Shown: positions 13,503 to 30,355, counted from the first letter of the stretch. The stretch: DNA of 64,000 bases from Raillietiella orientalis (GCA_036172245.1 JAYWIR010000026.1:682001-746000); one strand, 5' to 3'. The notes: generated by a model not told the origin, from the letters alone. Program-made: numbers and translations.

Positions 13503-14349
13503 ATGTGCCGTGTTGCCAACTAATCGGAAGGGGAAAAAAAGCATTGTTTTGAAAATATGCGAGTGTTTGTACTTGTACAGAAATGCACATCCTTGATTCG
13601 AATATCGTGAAATACAGGAGGAGCGATTTTCCGAATTCTTTTGGGTGTTCTCGTGTATGCAGCCTGCCGACTGAGGTGCTCCAAACGAGACGAAGATGGC
13701 AATCGGCGACACAACTTAGGTTACAGGTGGGCCGATTTTTCACAGCTTGGTGCGGTCTTCCAAGAATTTCCTGCTCTTACCATCGGCTGCCCTTTACTGT
13801 TCTGTGCCGCCACGGACACACAAGAGCGTCCTTCCAACCCTCTCATTTCATTAATGATGCCTTTAACAGCCTCGTTTGAAGTCGGTGCTCAGCTGCTGAG
13901 AAATTGCCGGGATGAGCCCTCTAATGCATGTAATTAGCAGAACCAAACAAGTTGTTGATGATGCTCGAATAAAGGGGAATGAGAGCTGGAAGGTCATTTC
14001 CAGCTTGCTTAGTAAACGAAATGCAAACGGAGTCTTCAAAGACCCTGGCAGCTCAACGCTAAGCTCAAATTCGTAGTGACCAGAACTCTAAGATTGGAGA
14101 GTATTCGCGAGGCAAATACTCTCCAATTTCAAGACCAGATTCGAAAACTAACAACGTCGAATGTATGATTCTATTTTTTTCTCTCTCTCTCTTGGTTTTG
14201 CTTGGATTTGGATTTAGAATTTTAGCCACATTTTAAATTTTTCAGCGTATGGTTCCAGTGGGTTTCGCAATGGTTCGTTCTTCAGTTTTTAATGCTTCCA
14301 TACACACGAAAGATTATTTTTAACAGCTGTTTGTTAATTTCAAGAAAAA

Positions 14350-15330
14350 GAGCTATGCCCATAAATAATTTCTTGTGCTCAACAAGGTATTGGTCCATAT
14401 CCGTACATTGATAAAATGGCGACGAAAATGAAATGTTCTCTTTGTGCACTTTATCCAAAACCAACGCTTAGAGTTCTTGGTGCTGCAGCACCGCTTTTCT
14501 ACTTCATTAGGTCCGAACTGGATGAACCTCAGAAAGAATTTGTAAAGAAAGCATTTTCTCTTCCTCGTTCCAAGGTTGTTGCGAAGCTCCGAACCGCAAT
14601 TTCCGTGCTGGCTGTTTGGCATGAACTCATAGAAGCAGTTGGGAATCTGGTTCCACGAAGAATGTGCTCCATCCAGAAACCCGCTCGGCTTGGAAAATTT
14701 GTCGCGAATGTCCACTGTGAAGAATAAAAAATTCCGCAAAAGGATCGGCGAATCAATCGAACGTTTCACAAAAGTCTCGGTAGATGGCACTGTGCTGACA
14801 CTAGAAGGCAGACCGAAGCGTGTAAGAGTGGTTAAAGCCTCCAGGCTTCTTGGGTCTGAGATGAAAGGTCTGATGAGACGTGACCCTAAGTTCCGGTTAA
14901 GACCTCACTGTTATTCATCGCATCCCGATGATAAAGTCTGCAGTGCTCGACCACGCGGAGCTCGCAACGTGGAAAGAATTCACGCCGGTTACGATGTTGC
15001 GAAAGTAGAAGCACGCTGAAGAGCAAACAGCCATTCCGATAACTCGGTGTTTTCCGAATAAAAGAGTACGAGTGATACTGAATGCCCGTCTCCGATGGGT
15101 CTTGCGGTTCCACTTGAGCCCACGGGCTGCTGCTACCGAACAAAAGTCAGTCATTCCGTCTCATGAAATGTTGAAAGACAAAGCGAGTTCCTTGCATTCA
15201 TTCAGTGGGTCATCGAAGAAGATGCAGGGAAGACTCGTGGCGTGAATTAATCAGCAGATCCTCGGACACTGCGAAAGAGAGGTTCAAAGACCAGGCAGGA
15301 GGCCGCAACGTGGTGCGCAAATACGAGCTA
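14350..15330 (+). pseudogene. Disrupted coding-like segment at the centre of the inverted-repeat element, product unknown
   Basis: Overlapping ORFs 14416-14727 and 14639-15019 read like one protein broken by a stop or frameshift. No motif recognised. Confidence 0.3.
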
Positions 15331-16566
15331 TAAACTCGCCCATCGGGTGGAACGGAGGGAAGCAGACCATCGCAGCCTTGCACCGGAGAATAAGCTGGAG
15401 CAGGGATTCAGTTTAAGACTCAGTGAGCGACGTTGGATTGATTAATTGATGAAACCTTCTGCGTATAAGTGCAGGAGGCCAACAGCATTACTACAACGCC
15501 GATCTAATGGTACTTGAAGAAGTGCACTATAATTGCCATTCGATCATCTGAAGTCAGCAGTTCCAGATTCTGCTCTCGCCGGATCTGATTAAACTTCTGC
15601 GGCTTTCTGGCCAATGGGACGCTTGCAGATAGCGTGGAAGGACGTCATGTTGCTGACGTCCACAGTGGAATAGGGACCCTGATTTACGGAGACGCGTCCC
15701 CCTCCAGCGGGAGCGGCGAATCTAACGGAGCAGAGTCGCAGAGCGCGTGCGTTAATCCACGCAAAGGGATTTTTGATCCAGAAATGGGTGGTGACATCTC
15801 AGTCGGACCATTCCCGACGAATGGAATTTTTATCTGGTCGGGTGTTAAGATTGCAAAGCGTCGTAAAAAAAGAGACGAACGAAGAGAGAGCAACGAATTA
15901 TGAGTGATCGCCGTGATGCGAATTCATTTCTGCAAGACGCGATTTGGGAAGAAAAGAAGAAAAATACTTCCAAATTTCAACAAATTGATTTTTTCAAGAA
16001 ACCAGAGTGTCTTGCTGGAGAGAAGAGGGAGAGAGGGAGAGAGAGAAAGGGGGTTATTGTAAAACCAGTTTTTTGAGAGGGCTACAATTTCGACAAAGAT
16101 ACACTCAATTATTATTTCCAGTTGTAAAAATAATTACAGCCCTCCAAAAATCGCGACGAATCTCCACCTAAACTCTTAGATGTCTTTCGCAAAATTCGGT
16201 GCACTCAAATCCTGACTGTGTGCTTGGCACAGCTTAGAACGAGAAGTTGAAACAGGATTGTCGGGATCGATGGTTATCAGCATCCCGAAGGGCTGCTATC
16301 AAACCGCGTCTTTCTGGCAAGGCAGCTTACACGCAAACTGTGAAATTACGCAAATAGGTCCCATGTGGACCTGATGTACATTGTTCTTGCAGCTTCACGG
16401 AATAGGAACGTTGAACTGAGGTGATGGAAGGCGTTGCTATGTAATTGGATAAACCGGAGGCATTGCTACGTGTGACTTTCATAAGAACGTGGGGCGGTAT
16501 TTCCAAAGCAATATACTTTTTCCCCGATTCGTTCACGACCTGTGCGACTCGTCTGGAATCTCACAG

Positions 16567-17358
16567 GCGGATTCAAAGCATGAACACTTTTTGCATGAAC
16601 ACTTTATTGTACATTTTGCATTCTTCGGCCCTTGAAATGACAGGGGCACCAAACCCACTCTTCGCCGGCTGGAACTCGAAAGCAGGAGAACTCACGGTTT
16701 CGGTTTTCTTAAAAGGTTTCAAGATTTTACACACGTGTCCACGGACAACACGACGACAGCACTTCGGCTTCGTCGAGCGCGAAAACGGAAAGGCGGCACG
16801 AAAATCTTATGGATTTGTTACAACCATGGCTCACATGTACCAACCACAAAGACGCTGGAACCCCGCATTCCATTTTTAGAATCTGAGCCGGTCTCCTAGG
16901 CAACTGCCCGAGATTCATCGTTCGCCTAGAACTGCCTCAGACAGGTTCCCTTGTTGAACAACAATGAACTCGCCGGTCTCCTAGGCAACTCCCCAAGATT
17001 AGCCTCCCGGAACTCTCCCGGCCTTAGTCACAACAATGCACTCTCATTCACAACAATGATCTCGCCACGATGGGGGGGGGAGAGGGGGGTTGGCAACTGA
17101 GGAGGATTCCGCAAACGGTAAGGATTGCATTGAGGACGGTCGGCAAGCCGAATTCTTTGTCGTCTCAGTGGTGTAAGAAAGAGTTCCAAAGTTTCGTGAG
17201 AGAAGAACCGGTTCTCGCTCTGGAGGCCAATACGTCAGGTTCGGTTCGTGGCTGAAAGCAAGACCTGCTCTTGCATTTTCCCTGATTTAAATCAGGAACC
17301 CTTCTAGAACTTTCAAGAAGACAGGTTGCACGTGCATGCATGTACGTAGAAGGGCGTG
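16567..17358 (-). repeat. Right inverted-repeat arm
   Basis: Reverse complement of 12706-13502. Confidence 0.97.
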
Positions 17359-18419
17359 CGTGCTTGCGAATGTTAAGTGTATTTATGCGTAGCATGCTGC
17401 TTTAAAAAAATGCCTGAATCTGCTCTCATATCCCAAGTATTCTGATACCCTGTAAACACGAATTTGTTTTCGTTTCTAGACCATGAACTAGTGATCTAAC
17501 AGAGGGTGTGATCAAAGCTGGCTGGGCAGCAGCGATGTGCAAATAGAGAAACTACGAAAAAGACATACTTACAAAATTCAAATGCCTGATCTCTTAAAAC
17601 TAACAAGGTGCCATCTCTGTGAAACTACTTACTGTTCCACTGGATATAACATCGGGGAACTTGGCTCTCATGTTGCAAAGCGAAAGGTTATTCACCCATT
17701 CGGGACTGAAGGTTGCGTGACAAAGTACGTCTTGAGCATGCCTCCATGCCTGCTTCCTTCTCCATGAATCGAGCAATCCAATGAACATGGGTGACGTAAT
17801 GTATGTATTCACTTCATCAACAGATACTGTCCTCAAAAGCGCTCCACGAAACTGTCGCAAATTTGACGGAAAAATTTCAGACCCAACGGTGTACCATGGG
17901 GAAGAATATAGGATGATGATGCGTAACACAGGAAAGAACTGAAACCTTCCATAAAATTAATAAATTTGCAGTAAACGCTTCATGTCACGACAGGGATGAT
18001 TTTTTTTTTTTTTTGTAGAAGAAGAAAAGGATGCCTGACGATGTTGAGAATAGTTCCAGGTTGCGCGGTCAAATTTCCAGCCACGGATTTTATTTTGGAG
18101 GAGGATATTATGGGAGTGGTGCTTCGTGTAATAAAAGGATGGCATCCATTTATACGTTGCCCTCCGAAACTTCCAGCGCTTGAAGACGTCAGCCATTTCT
18201 CCCTGCACAGCTCTTGCATTCTGCTTCTTTCTTTCTTTTTTTTTTAATATAACTTGACTATAAATAGAACTCGGTGAAATATATCCATTCAGTTGGAAAT
18301 TATATCCCTCTTGGACCCCGCTGACATGGGAACGAACACCGAATAAAGATTGCGTACACGAAACGTACCGTTTCGACACGCAAGTACGAAGGGGCATTCG
18401 AACGCGAAGCATTTGGGAG

Positions 18420-19760
18420 GCGCCGTTCACCGTGCGGAATGCTGACGTTAGCGGTCGTGCATCTCCACGAGTGGTACGAAGAGTCGTGGGTTCGAATCCC
18501 GCCCGGGGAAGACTCGAATCCGAGAAATGGGGGAGGTGCGTCGTGGGTTTCAAGTTCCTCCCGCGGAATGATGCTGGACGGCTGGCCTATTCGAGTGCGG
18601 TGGCACTGGCGGAAGTTGAACTACAGCCGGATGCCCCGATGACTGGCCTAGATTGAAAGTCGACTTTCCGGGGTCCTTCCTGGAATCAAGGAGCCTTTCG
18701 GGATTCCCCTCCGGTTGTGAAAGAGGAGCCGTACCATTGAGCTGGTTGATACTTCCCCGAGTGTCAGAAGCGCGATGCTCCTTTCAGGGAGCGCCCTCCA
18801 GAGAAATCGGGAAGCATCCCTTCGAGGTTTTCATCAGAGGAGGAAACTAGGAGCGGGTCCTTTCCGGGTTCCCTCTGGAGACAACCAGGGTGGCAGTGAC
18901 CCTTCGGGGACCTCTCCGGACACAACCATGACAACGGTGACCTCTGGGATTCCCTCCAGAGACAACCAGGGTCACGGTGACCTCCGGGGTTCCGCTCCCA
19001 AGCATAAGAGGAGCGTACTCTTTCCACTGGGGCCTCCCTGGATTCATGGGGTGGTCCCTTCGGGGTTGCCACCATAACTTGAAGAGTCACACGCACCCTC
19101 GGGTGGCGTGGACACCGTCAAAGAGCTTCGGGAGAGCTCCCTGAGGAGCCAACGGTTCTTCAGCGAACCGACCCGTACACTATCCCTTCCTCCAGCAGTT
19201 TCCCGAGCGGGAGTTCCGGGTGCTGCCGTCCACTGAGGGAGCCTCGGTGTTCCTCTGGGCCCGCTGACCTTCTTTTCGTGATCCTGTGAACGAGGGAAGG
19301 GGCAGGGAAAATCGTGGATCTGAAAGCAGGAAGCCGAGTGGGAAGAGCGGGTCGCGTGACTGACCGCTGTTACCAGCCACCACTTGTAACCCAATGCAGA
19401 ACTGGGGGGAGGGGGGGCGTGAACGCGTGCCCCTCGTTTCGGGAGCAGTGACGGCGCGCGCGATCCTCCTATTTGTTGCGGAAGGAATGCAATCCACCTA
19501 CGCGCTGGATTTGGGGACACTCGTTCCCCACTAGCCGTGCACTTCACAGGGTTCGGGATTTTCGGGTTTACTCGGTTCGTATCGAAAGACGATCGAACGT
19601 CATAATCCAGTCGATATGTCTGCCTCGGTTCTTCGATGCAGACAGGAATTCCGGGAAAAATCCAAGTGACAAGGCAAAAAAAAACATTCTGGGACTGTCT
19701 CATTTTGAGGTCCCTAAACGCAGTGCAGAAGGGAAGGTCACGGCATCCCAATGAAGTCTT
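18420..19760 (-). mobile_element. Decayed retroelement copy (same family)
   Basis: 18485-18700 aligns by eye with 1733-1945. TGGATTCAT-GGGTGGTCCC at ~19040 recurs at ~49250 and inverted at ~21745. Internal ~39-bp tandem repeats at 18870-18990. Confidence 0.55.
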
Positions 19761-19959
19761 TCCAGTCCAATCTCGTTAAAAACAGGCTGCCCTTTGTTTT
19801 TATTTTTTTTCTATTTCGTTATTCTTTTTCACTGTTATTTTATTTTTATCATTATTCATTATCATTTTTTGGATTTTTTAGAAAAAGACGGATCATTTTC
19901 TTCGTAATTAACGGCGGAGGCACTCGCCTTCGTGCCTTCGTCATCATTAATGCATGTGA

Positions 19960-21050
19960 ATTCGTCGGCATGGAGATTCCCCAGGGATACGCAGTCCCCC
20001 ACCTCGGCGCTTCCTCCCGGAAAGGCGCGTTTCTTGGAACACTTTTCAGACCACTACTAGGGACCCCGTGCGGAGGCAGCGCATCGTTGCGATCGCGGCG
20101 CCCGTCTTCAGCCCGCTCTGAGTGAAGAAGCGCCGCAGCGAAGTCCAAAGCGACTCTCCTCCACAAGTCCTCCAGAACGCTGCATCCGGACAGGAAGTGC
20201 GGGGGCGACTTCATCGCCCCCCCACCTGGAGCAGTTCGGGGAGGCATTTCCCCCGGAACCGGGCGCCTGAGCTGGTTGCACTGGCATCTCCGGTGCAGAA
20301 ACAACGAAACATCATCTTGTTTCTAACTGAGCGGGAACAGGGAGGTGTCTGCCCACAGGGAAAGGACAGCGAGTACCTCGGAGGGCACACCAAGCAGGTC
20401 ACTCCACCGAAAAGTGGTCACTCCTCTGGAAACGAGAAGTGGCGCCGTCTACCAACCAACCCGCTCGTCTTGCAGCTGTCCAGCAGTTTCTCTCGATTCC
20501 TGCCGTTTTGCCGGAAGACTCCCACCCTGCCGGTTGGGCGCTGCCACTCCTGTTTGTCCTGTGGGCAGAGAGTGCTGCGGCAAGGGGCGTGACAGCTATA
20601 CGGGACCACTCGTCCAGTCTTGCAAGAGGTCTCCCAGCTGCTTCAATAGGAGTTTCCACAGAGGACGAAGTGCCTCTGGGGTGGTGACCCAGGACTCGAG
20701 TGCCTCTGCCCGCCAGGCGTTCCAGGTTTGGGTCCGGCAAGAGATCTACGAGCGAGCTTCCAGCAATGCGGAGAGATGCCTCAGAGGGAAGTCGAAACCA
20801 GTCATCCTCAGTCGGCAGCAGTGAAAGAAGTCCTTCACTTCCGTATCGCCCTAGGGCGTGGCGTGCAGGAGCGCACCACGAACTCCATAACTCCCCACAG
20901 AGTCTTCATCGACTTCCGTCTATTAAGACACTGCGGGAAATTCTGCACAAAGTCGCACTGACTTGCAGTCCGACTTTGTGGAAAGTCGGGATGTCACTGC
21001 CATCCCGTGAAGCCTCTGGAGTACGTGTTCCAGTCATTACCGAGAGGCAG
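19960..21050 (+). mobile_element. Decayed LINE ORF2 C-terminal remnant with terminal hairpin
   Basis: AGRLP...CPV...CCGKGRDSY...C in ORF 20345-20824 resembles a degraded zf-RVT region. Hairpin CACAAAGTCGCACTG-ACTTG-CAGTCCGACTTTGTG at 20946-20980. Confidence 0.4.
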
Positions 21051-21099
21051 CCTCCCAAACGAGGGATTCCTGAGGATAATCCACCGGACGCAAATTCTC

Positions 21100-23560
21100 C
21101 TGAGGAATGAAATTATCCGTCAAGTCCTCGTTCATACGAATCTGGAGGTTTCGGTGTTGGTGTATGCCACACGCTAGCCGCTCCTTGCTTTGTTCTTGCT
21201 TCTGTTTGCTTCGGATGTATCTGACGCTGGGCGTTTGCTGATCGTGGCAGATGCTCGGGAGATTGGGGATCCCGAACACGTGACGGTCGTGTGGGATCGT
21301 TGAAAAATGTTCACCCATACTTTTCCAACACCACCAAATGGAAAGCAAGGAGGCAGAAAGCATTCCAAAAGAAGAATGTGGGGGATACGGAGTGACGAAC
21401 AGCCCGCGGCATAGTTGACGCAGAGATCTTCCAGCGGCTTGTGTGTAACCACGGAAAGCGATTCCTGCTCGGGCAGACAAACAGAATGGAGGGAATGACG
21501 GAGCCTCCCCATTCGAAAGTGGGAAACGCTAGGGCGACTCCAGAGAGAGCCGCCCAAGCGTTCTCTCCAAAGGGAGGGAAACTTCGCTCCGGAAGCCCAC
21601 GCAAGGGAAGCCCTCGTGGGAGGTCGGACAAGCTAGCCGAAAGAGGGGCATGATCCACAGCTTTTGTTTGCCGTCTTTTTAACGGCCAGTAGCGACCTCA
21701 TGGGGAAATTCTTCAGGTTATATTATAAGGAGCGCCCGGGAGGGGACCACCCTATGAATCCAGGAAGGTCCCAGAGGAAGGAGTCCGTTCCTCTTACGCT
21801 TGGGAGGAGAACCCCGAAGATAAACGTCTCCCCCTGGTTGCCCCCGAAGAGAACCTACTCCTTTATCGTCGACTCTCCAATCCCGGCCACTCTCATCGGG
21901 AACATTCCATTTTTTTTACCAGCTTTTACTAACGCCTCATCCGAAGCCAGCATCGTCCGGAAGGAGAGGGAACTGGGAACTTACGGCGCACCCATTTCCC
22001 TGGCGTTGATCCTTCCTCGGGCGGGATTCGAACCCGCGACGCCTGGTTGCGCGCGAGCGGGGGGCCGTAGCCAGAACGACCGCCCACACGGGCAAGAGAC
22101 GACTGGAGACTAACTTGGAGCGAATAGTGACGACAGGCATCGGATGCACCTCTCGCGCCGCCCTGGAAACGTAGGGCTCCGCGCCGACCACAGCACCACA
22201 GGTCGAGCGCACGGTGTTCTCGAGAGGTCTAGAGGATCACGAAAGCAACACCGGGACGGTGGCGCCTACCCGGCTCCGCCCGGGACCAAGGCAACTCCAG
22301 CTCTTTGGGATGATAGAAATCTTTTGGGTTCTTCTTTTCCTTCTGTCTTCGCTGTTTTTTCCTTCCAGCATTTTTTTTTTTTTTGGTTCGCTGAGTAGCT
22401 CAAGAGCCGTCGCATGCCTTTCAGCGCACGTGGCTCTTTAACACTGTTCCATGCCACCCGCGGAGGGTGCGTGTAATTTCTTCAAGATAGGGACGGGGGG
22501 CTCGCCCTATAAATCCAGGAAGGACTCGGAGTCCGTTCCTCTCACGCCTGTTGTCTCCGAAGGGGAACCCCGGATCCGTTCCTCATTCTTTGCGGAGGGG
22601 ACTCCCGGGGGGAGGGGGTCCGCTCCATTTCATCTTCTCCGAAGGGAACCGGAAAAGATGCTCTAGCAGGAATTTCTTCTCCGGAGGGAATCCGCAAGAG
22701 AGAGAGAACTGAAAAGAACCCTGAAGGGACGCTTCCGAAATTCAGAGGAGGCGCTGCTTCCCGAAGGGATTGATCGCTCTCGCTTTCTTGCACTCTCTAG
22801 AGAGGTGGCTGCGCAACTGTTCCGTCAGCACGACTCGAAGGATCTCTTCCCTCCCCCGGAATGGAGGGACCCGCTCCTTAACATCTGGAGAGGTGTCTTT
22901 AAACGCACCTGCTCCTTCTGAACGAACCGGAGGGGGAACTCCTCAACTCCTAGATTCCTGGAAGGACCCGAAGGGACTCTTCCGAAATTCAGAAGGGGCG
23001 CTGCAGCTTCCCGCAGGGAATCGCTCTCGCTTGCTTCCTTGTGCACTCTGTGAAGAGGCGACGACTCGGAGGGTCCCCCCGCAACAGGGGGGGGTCCACT
23101 CCTTTGAACAACTGGAGAGGTGCCCGTGAGGGCTCTCCTGCTCCATCTTGAAACTCGGAGGGGGAACTCCCCACTCCTTTATTCCTGGAAGGACCCGAAG
23201 GTCAATTTCCCATTGTTCCGGTCTTCATCGGGGGCCTCCGGCTTAATCCACCGCCGGTGCCACGCCCGAATGTCTCGGCCAACCAGCGCCATTGCAGGAG
23301 AAACTCGGAACCCAACGACGCAGTGGCATCAGTTTCTGCCGGTGTATTCGAACTCGCGACGCATGGTGCCACGAGCGGAAGCCTAAACCACAAAGCCTCT
23401 GACGCGTGCCCATTCGAACGACGCCGAGTGCCACCACCCTTTCCGCCGCCGCGGGGCCTTCGCCACCGCCCTTCGGATCGCGGCGAAATGGAACCCACTT
23501 GCCACGTCACCTGAAGGTGATCGCCGGCATCCTGCAAAGGACGCAGAGGACCCCAGGATC
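21100..23560 (+). mobile_element. Two adjacent decayed copies of the same retroelement family
   Basis: GGAGTCCGTTCCTCT occurs at ~21780 and ~22528. GATTCCTGGAAGGACCCGAAGG-like blocks at ~22953 and ~23180 are the inverse of the 1920/6670/18670 block. A tRNA T-arm lies on the opposite strand at 22021-22037. Confidence 0.55.
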
Positions 23561-26500
23561 TCTTACCCTCCCCTCTCCTATTTTTTCCAGACTATCTTCT
23601 TCTTTTATTGATTTTCTTTTCCTTATCCCCCGACCCACTCCGTGATGCCGCGGACCTCGTCGGTGCTTCCCTGTGGATTCTCGAGTCGAGGGACGCAAAG
23701 ATCCACCGGCTCCTGTTTTCTCCCCCAGCGCACCCAAGGGATGAGTATGGTCCGGGTGCCGCAAACTCACAGGGAGAGGAAAAAAAAAGACTTGCGATTG
23801 GAGAACGCAAACAGGGAAGGAAACGACGACATCGTTACTACGTGGACGAACAGGTGGGGTCAGACGGAACTGCCGGAGGGCAAATCGATTCACGAAGGCG
23901 CAGAGGCGTTGCCTTGTATCCTCTCGTCTGCTGAGGTCTCGAGCACATCGAAGGGAGGTCACCCCGCATGGAAGCTGCCCTGATGACAACGGTTGCGAGG
24001 TGGTCTCCAAGAGGTCGGCAAAGAGATCGCCGGCATCCAGCGCCAGCTGTAGGAAGTAAGGAGCGGTTGGAACCGAAGATCCCTTGTCCCTACCCTCCCT
24101 TTTTTCTTTTAAATTATAAATCGTCCCCTTCCTCCTGTGACGCGTCTTGGCAGGAAGACTTTTTGCTTGATGCCAAAACTGCTGAGATTGAATGCAGCTC
24201 CCAACTTTGAAACCGGCGCTGCCGTCTTGGGAGTTGGACTGCTCACGAGTTGGAAACGACTGCTGAAGAATCACGAGCTTACAGCAGTTAACGAAAGGCG
24301 GAACGAAGGGCCGCAAGCGCGTGGATCGACGGGGTCGAAAGTACTCAACCGGCGCCAAATCCACAAAATTAAAAAAGGGTCCAGACGCGAACGAGTTTGA
24401 GCGCAGGTCCGTGACCTGTGCCCGATTCAGATACCTGCTGCCGTTCCTGCAACTGTCTGCCACGGCGGGAGACACGAAGCTTTCGGTCGGGCTCATGAAC
24501 CCGAAGCCACAAAGGTACTTCCTCACCTTATTCCCATTCGGTGTAACACGTCCGATGTTTCAATGGAGGTCTGGAATGTTCTTAAATTGTGCGATGTTAC
24601 GAAATGCACGTTTGCATGATGGTTGCAGTTTTCGGATCGCCGGCAGCCATGCCATGCTCAAACATAAGTTCAGTAAACACGAGAACGTTTCTTTTCCTTT
24701 TTTTTTTTTTTTTTTTGCCTGAAGGTCTTAGCGCAGAGATCAGGCATTCTCCCTCCTGTGGCGTACCAATACTCAACAAAACACGTCAACAGTATTTATG
24801 GAAAAGGCAACCTCCGCATAAAGCCTCCGGCAAGTTGTATGGAGTCCGATGACATTGAAAATGGCATTTTCCAGGAGAATTTGAGATCGGGAGCGTTTCT
24901 TCACGCGAGGATATTTTTTTCTCATCTCTCGTTCCCCACCAAGAACGAAAAGGTTCCAAATCAAACCATCGTCGATCATTGCTACCCCACGGATCAGTGG
25001 CGCCCTCTTCTTTGACGTATTTCATGTGTTTCCTGTCATGTTGATTGGATTCCATAAGAGGGATTTACTCCTACCAGTACCTTCCAAGGAGCTGCACTTG
25101 ATTTTCTGAAAAAGTAATAATCACAACCATGATAACAACCCTTACATTCAATAAAACGGTCTCGAAGTCTGCCACCACCATTTTATCATATCTTTCAGAC
25201 ATATTTTACCACACATGTGCACTTATCCGGAAACATTCCTTACCGCAGCTGAAAAACGTGTCATCATGTGAATTGGAATAAAGACCAAACAACTGGATCA
25301 TTAAACGCCAGTTTCACAGTGCCCACCTTTCCGTGAACTGCCCGTGGGACCAAGTGTCAAAACTACTTTCTGATGGCGAACCTTTGCGTAGGCTCCTCAA
25401 CTCAGGGCTCAAGGGATCTTCGAGAACCAAGTGACCCTTCTCTTCACCGTCACGAACAAGACCTCGGCCTACTCAACCGTGCTACTTACTAGTTAACACC
25501 GATCTACTACGTGCAGCGAATGGAAATGTGATCTCCTAATTAGATGAGAATGCTGTCCAGCAAAAACAAAAAAACAATCCACTTGATTCTCTGGGAGCGA
25601 ACTCAATAAAATCCGACTGGGGCAAAACAAAGGCACCTTCGTGCCACCATTGTCCAAACTCGTCCTCTTCAGAAAAAAAAAAAAGTTCTGAAATACTTAT
25701 GGAAAATTATTACCGTCCTAACTTCAATGCATTTTCCTTTTTAGTGGTCACCCTGTTAATTTTGCAGTTTTGCGAATCTTCAACCATCCACTCGCCCACA
25801 TTTAGGCACATGGCTCACCCCTCACTTCAGTTACAGTGCCAAAATTTGATGATGTGCCGACCGGGAACAAAACCAACGACTTTCGTCTGCTTCGAATCCG
25901 ACCGCAGGGAATCCCACTCCTATTTCAGCTGTTCACCCCATTTAAGACAGCGGCAGTGTTCCACAGAGCACGTGCATGTGTCTTTTCGAAAATTAAACCG
26001 AATGAGACTATTCAGACATTCCGCCATTTTGCATGCAAAGCTTGATTTCATTTTGCCAACTGCTACGAATTTCCACTTCTCAATCTGTCGTGGAGGAACA
26101 TGAAGAAATCATCAGAAACCTCTTTGTCACTCCCATACCTTGAAATGGGTTTCTTATTTAATCTGCAAGCAATCTTGCACCTTTCTCTTTCAATGTGTGC
26201 TTGTTAAACACAGATCATTAGGGTTTTCAAGAAACAAAATTACACATCAAAGGAAGGAATGCCGTTTCCTTTTCTAATTCCTAATACTCTAATTAATTAT
26301 ATCAGCATATACTAAAGAAGCATACCATCAATCAATCTGTGAACTGAAGTACTTAGAACCATTCAGTGTTGCACTTTAAGAGCAACAAGAACCTAAACTT
26401 GGGCTCCATCTGTGGGATCTTCATTTGAGAAAGTATCAGCTCCTAGCAAAGATGTGGCAGAAACAGAAATAAGAAAAACGGAAGCGGAAATCATTTTCAC

Positions 26501-26986
26501 TCAAAATATCAACGGAGGCATACGAATCATGATTTTGAAAACACTTCGATAATCCCAGTTCATCCTAAAGCAACTTCACAAGTATTAAGTCAAAATGCAT
26601 ATCCTGCCATTGACCCATCCAACTGCATAAACTAAAATGGAGTTCTTTCAGATGTCCACCACCAACTTATGCCTCAGAACGAACCAAAAGGACGATAAGG
26701 CAGAACCTGACAGTTATCACTTTAAGAGCATGACCTTGAACAACGCATAAAACTACAAACTTTAATGCAAAATTCATTCAGCATCGATGAGAACTCGAAG
26801 ATTCGTCTAATTTATAATTTTCATCCCCAATAAGTTTGCTGAATACTTATTAGGAATAAAAAAGTAGCACACGAATCACATGATGCACACTATTTATATG
26901 TTAATTAAACCTTTCGGATACTGCTATTATACGAAAAATCACAAACTTCGGGACAATTTTATGAACATTTCTTGGTCAGTGAGAAT

Positions 26987-30355
<3,369 letters not shown>

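Larger units (their letters stand above)
12706..17358. mobile_element. 4.65-kb element bounded by ~795-bp near-identical inverted repeats (putative long-TIR or foldback DNA transposon derivative)
   Basis: 12706-13502 is the reverse complement of 16567-17358 with only a few differences. Termini read CACGCCC...GGGCGTG. No target-site duplication and no recognisable transposase seen. Confidence 0.6.

Noticed and set aside
17420..17940. Two exon-like minus-strand segments with a faint ionotropic-receptor flavour
   Set aside because: No diagnostic motif, an early stop, and no gene model could be built.
18440..18510. tRNA gene
   Set aside because: Only a T-arm is present. There is no acceptor-stem pairing, D-arm or anticodon arm, and the motif is part of a dispersed repeat.
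23507..24526. 339-aa minus-strand ORF
   Set aside because: No protein-like motif. It overlaps a plus-strand region that looks like another decayed ORF1 remnant (23640-24100).
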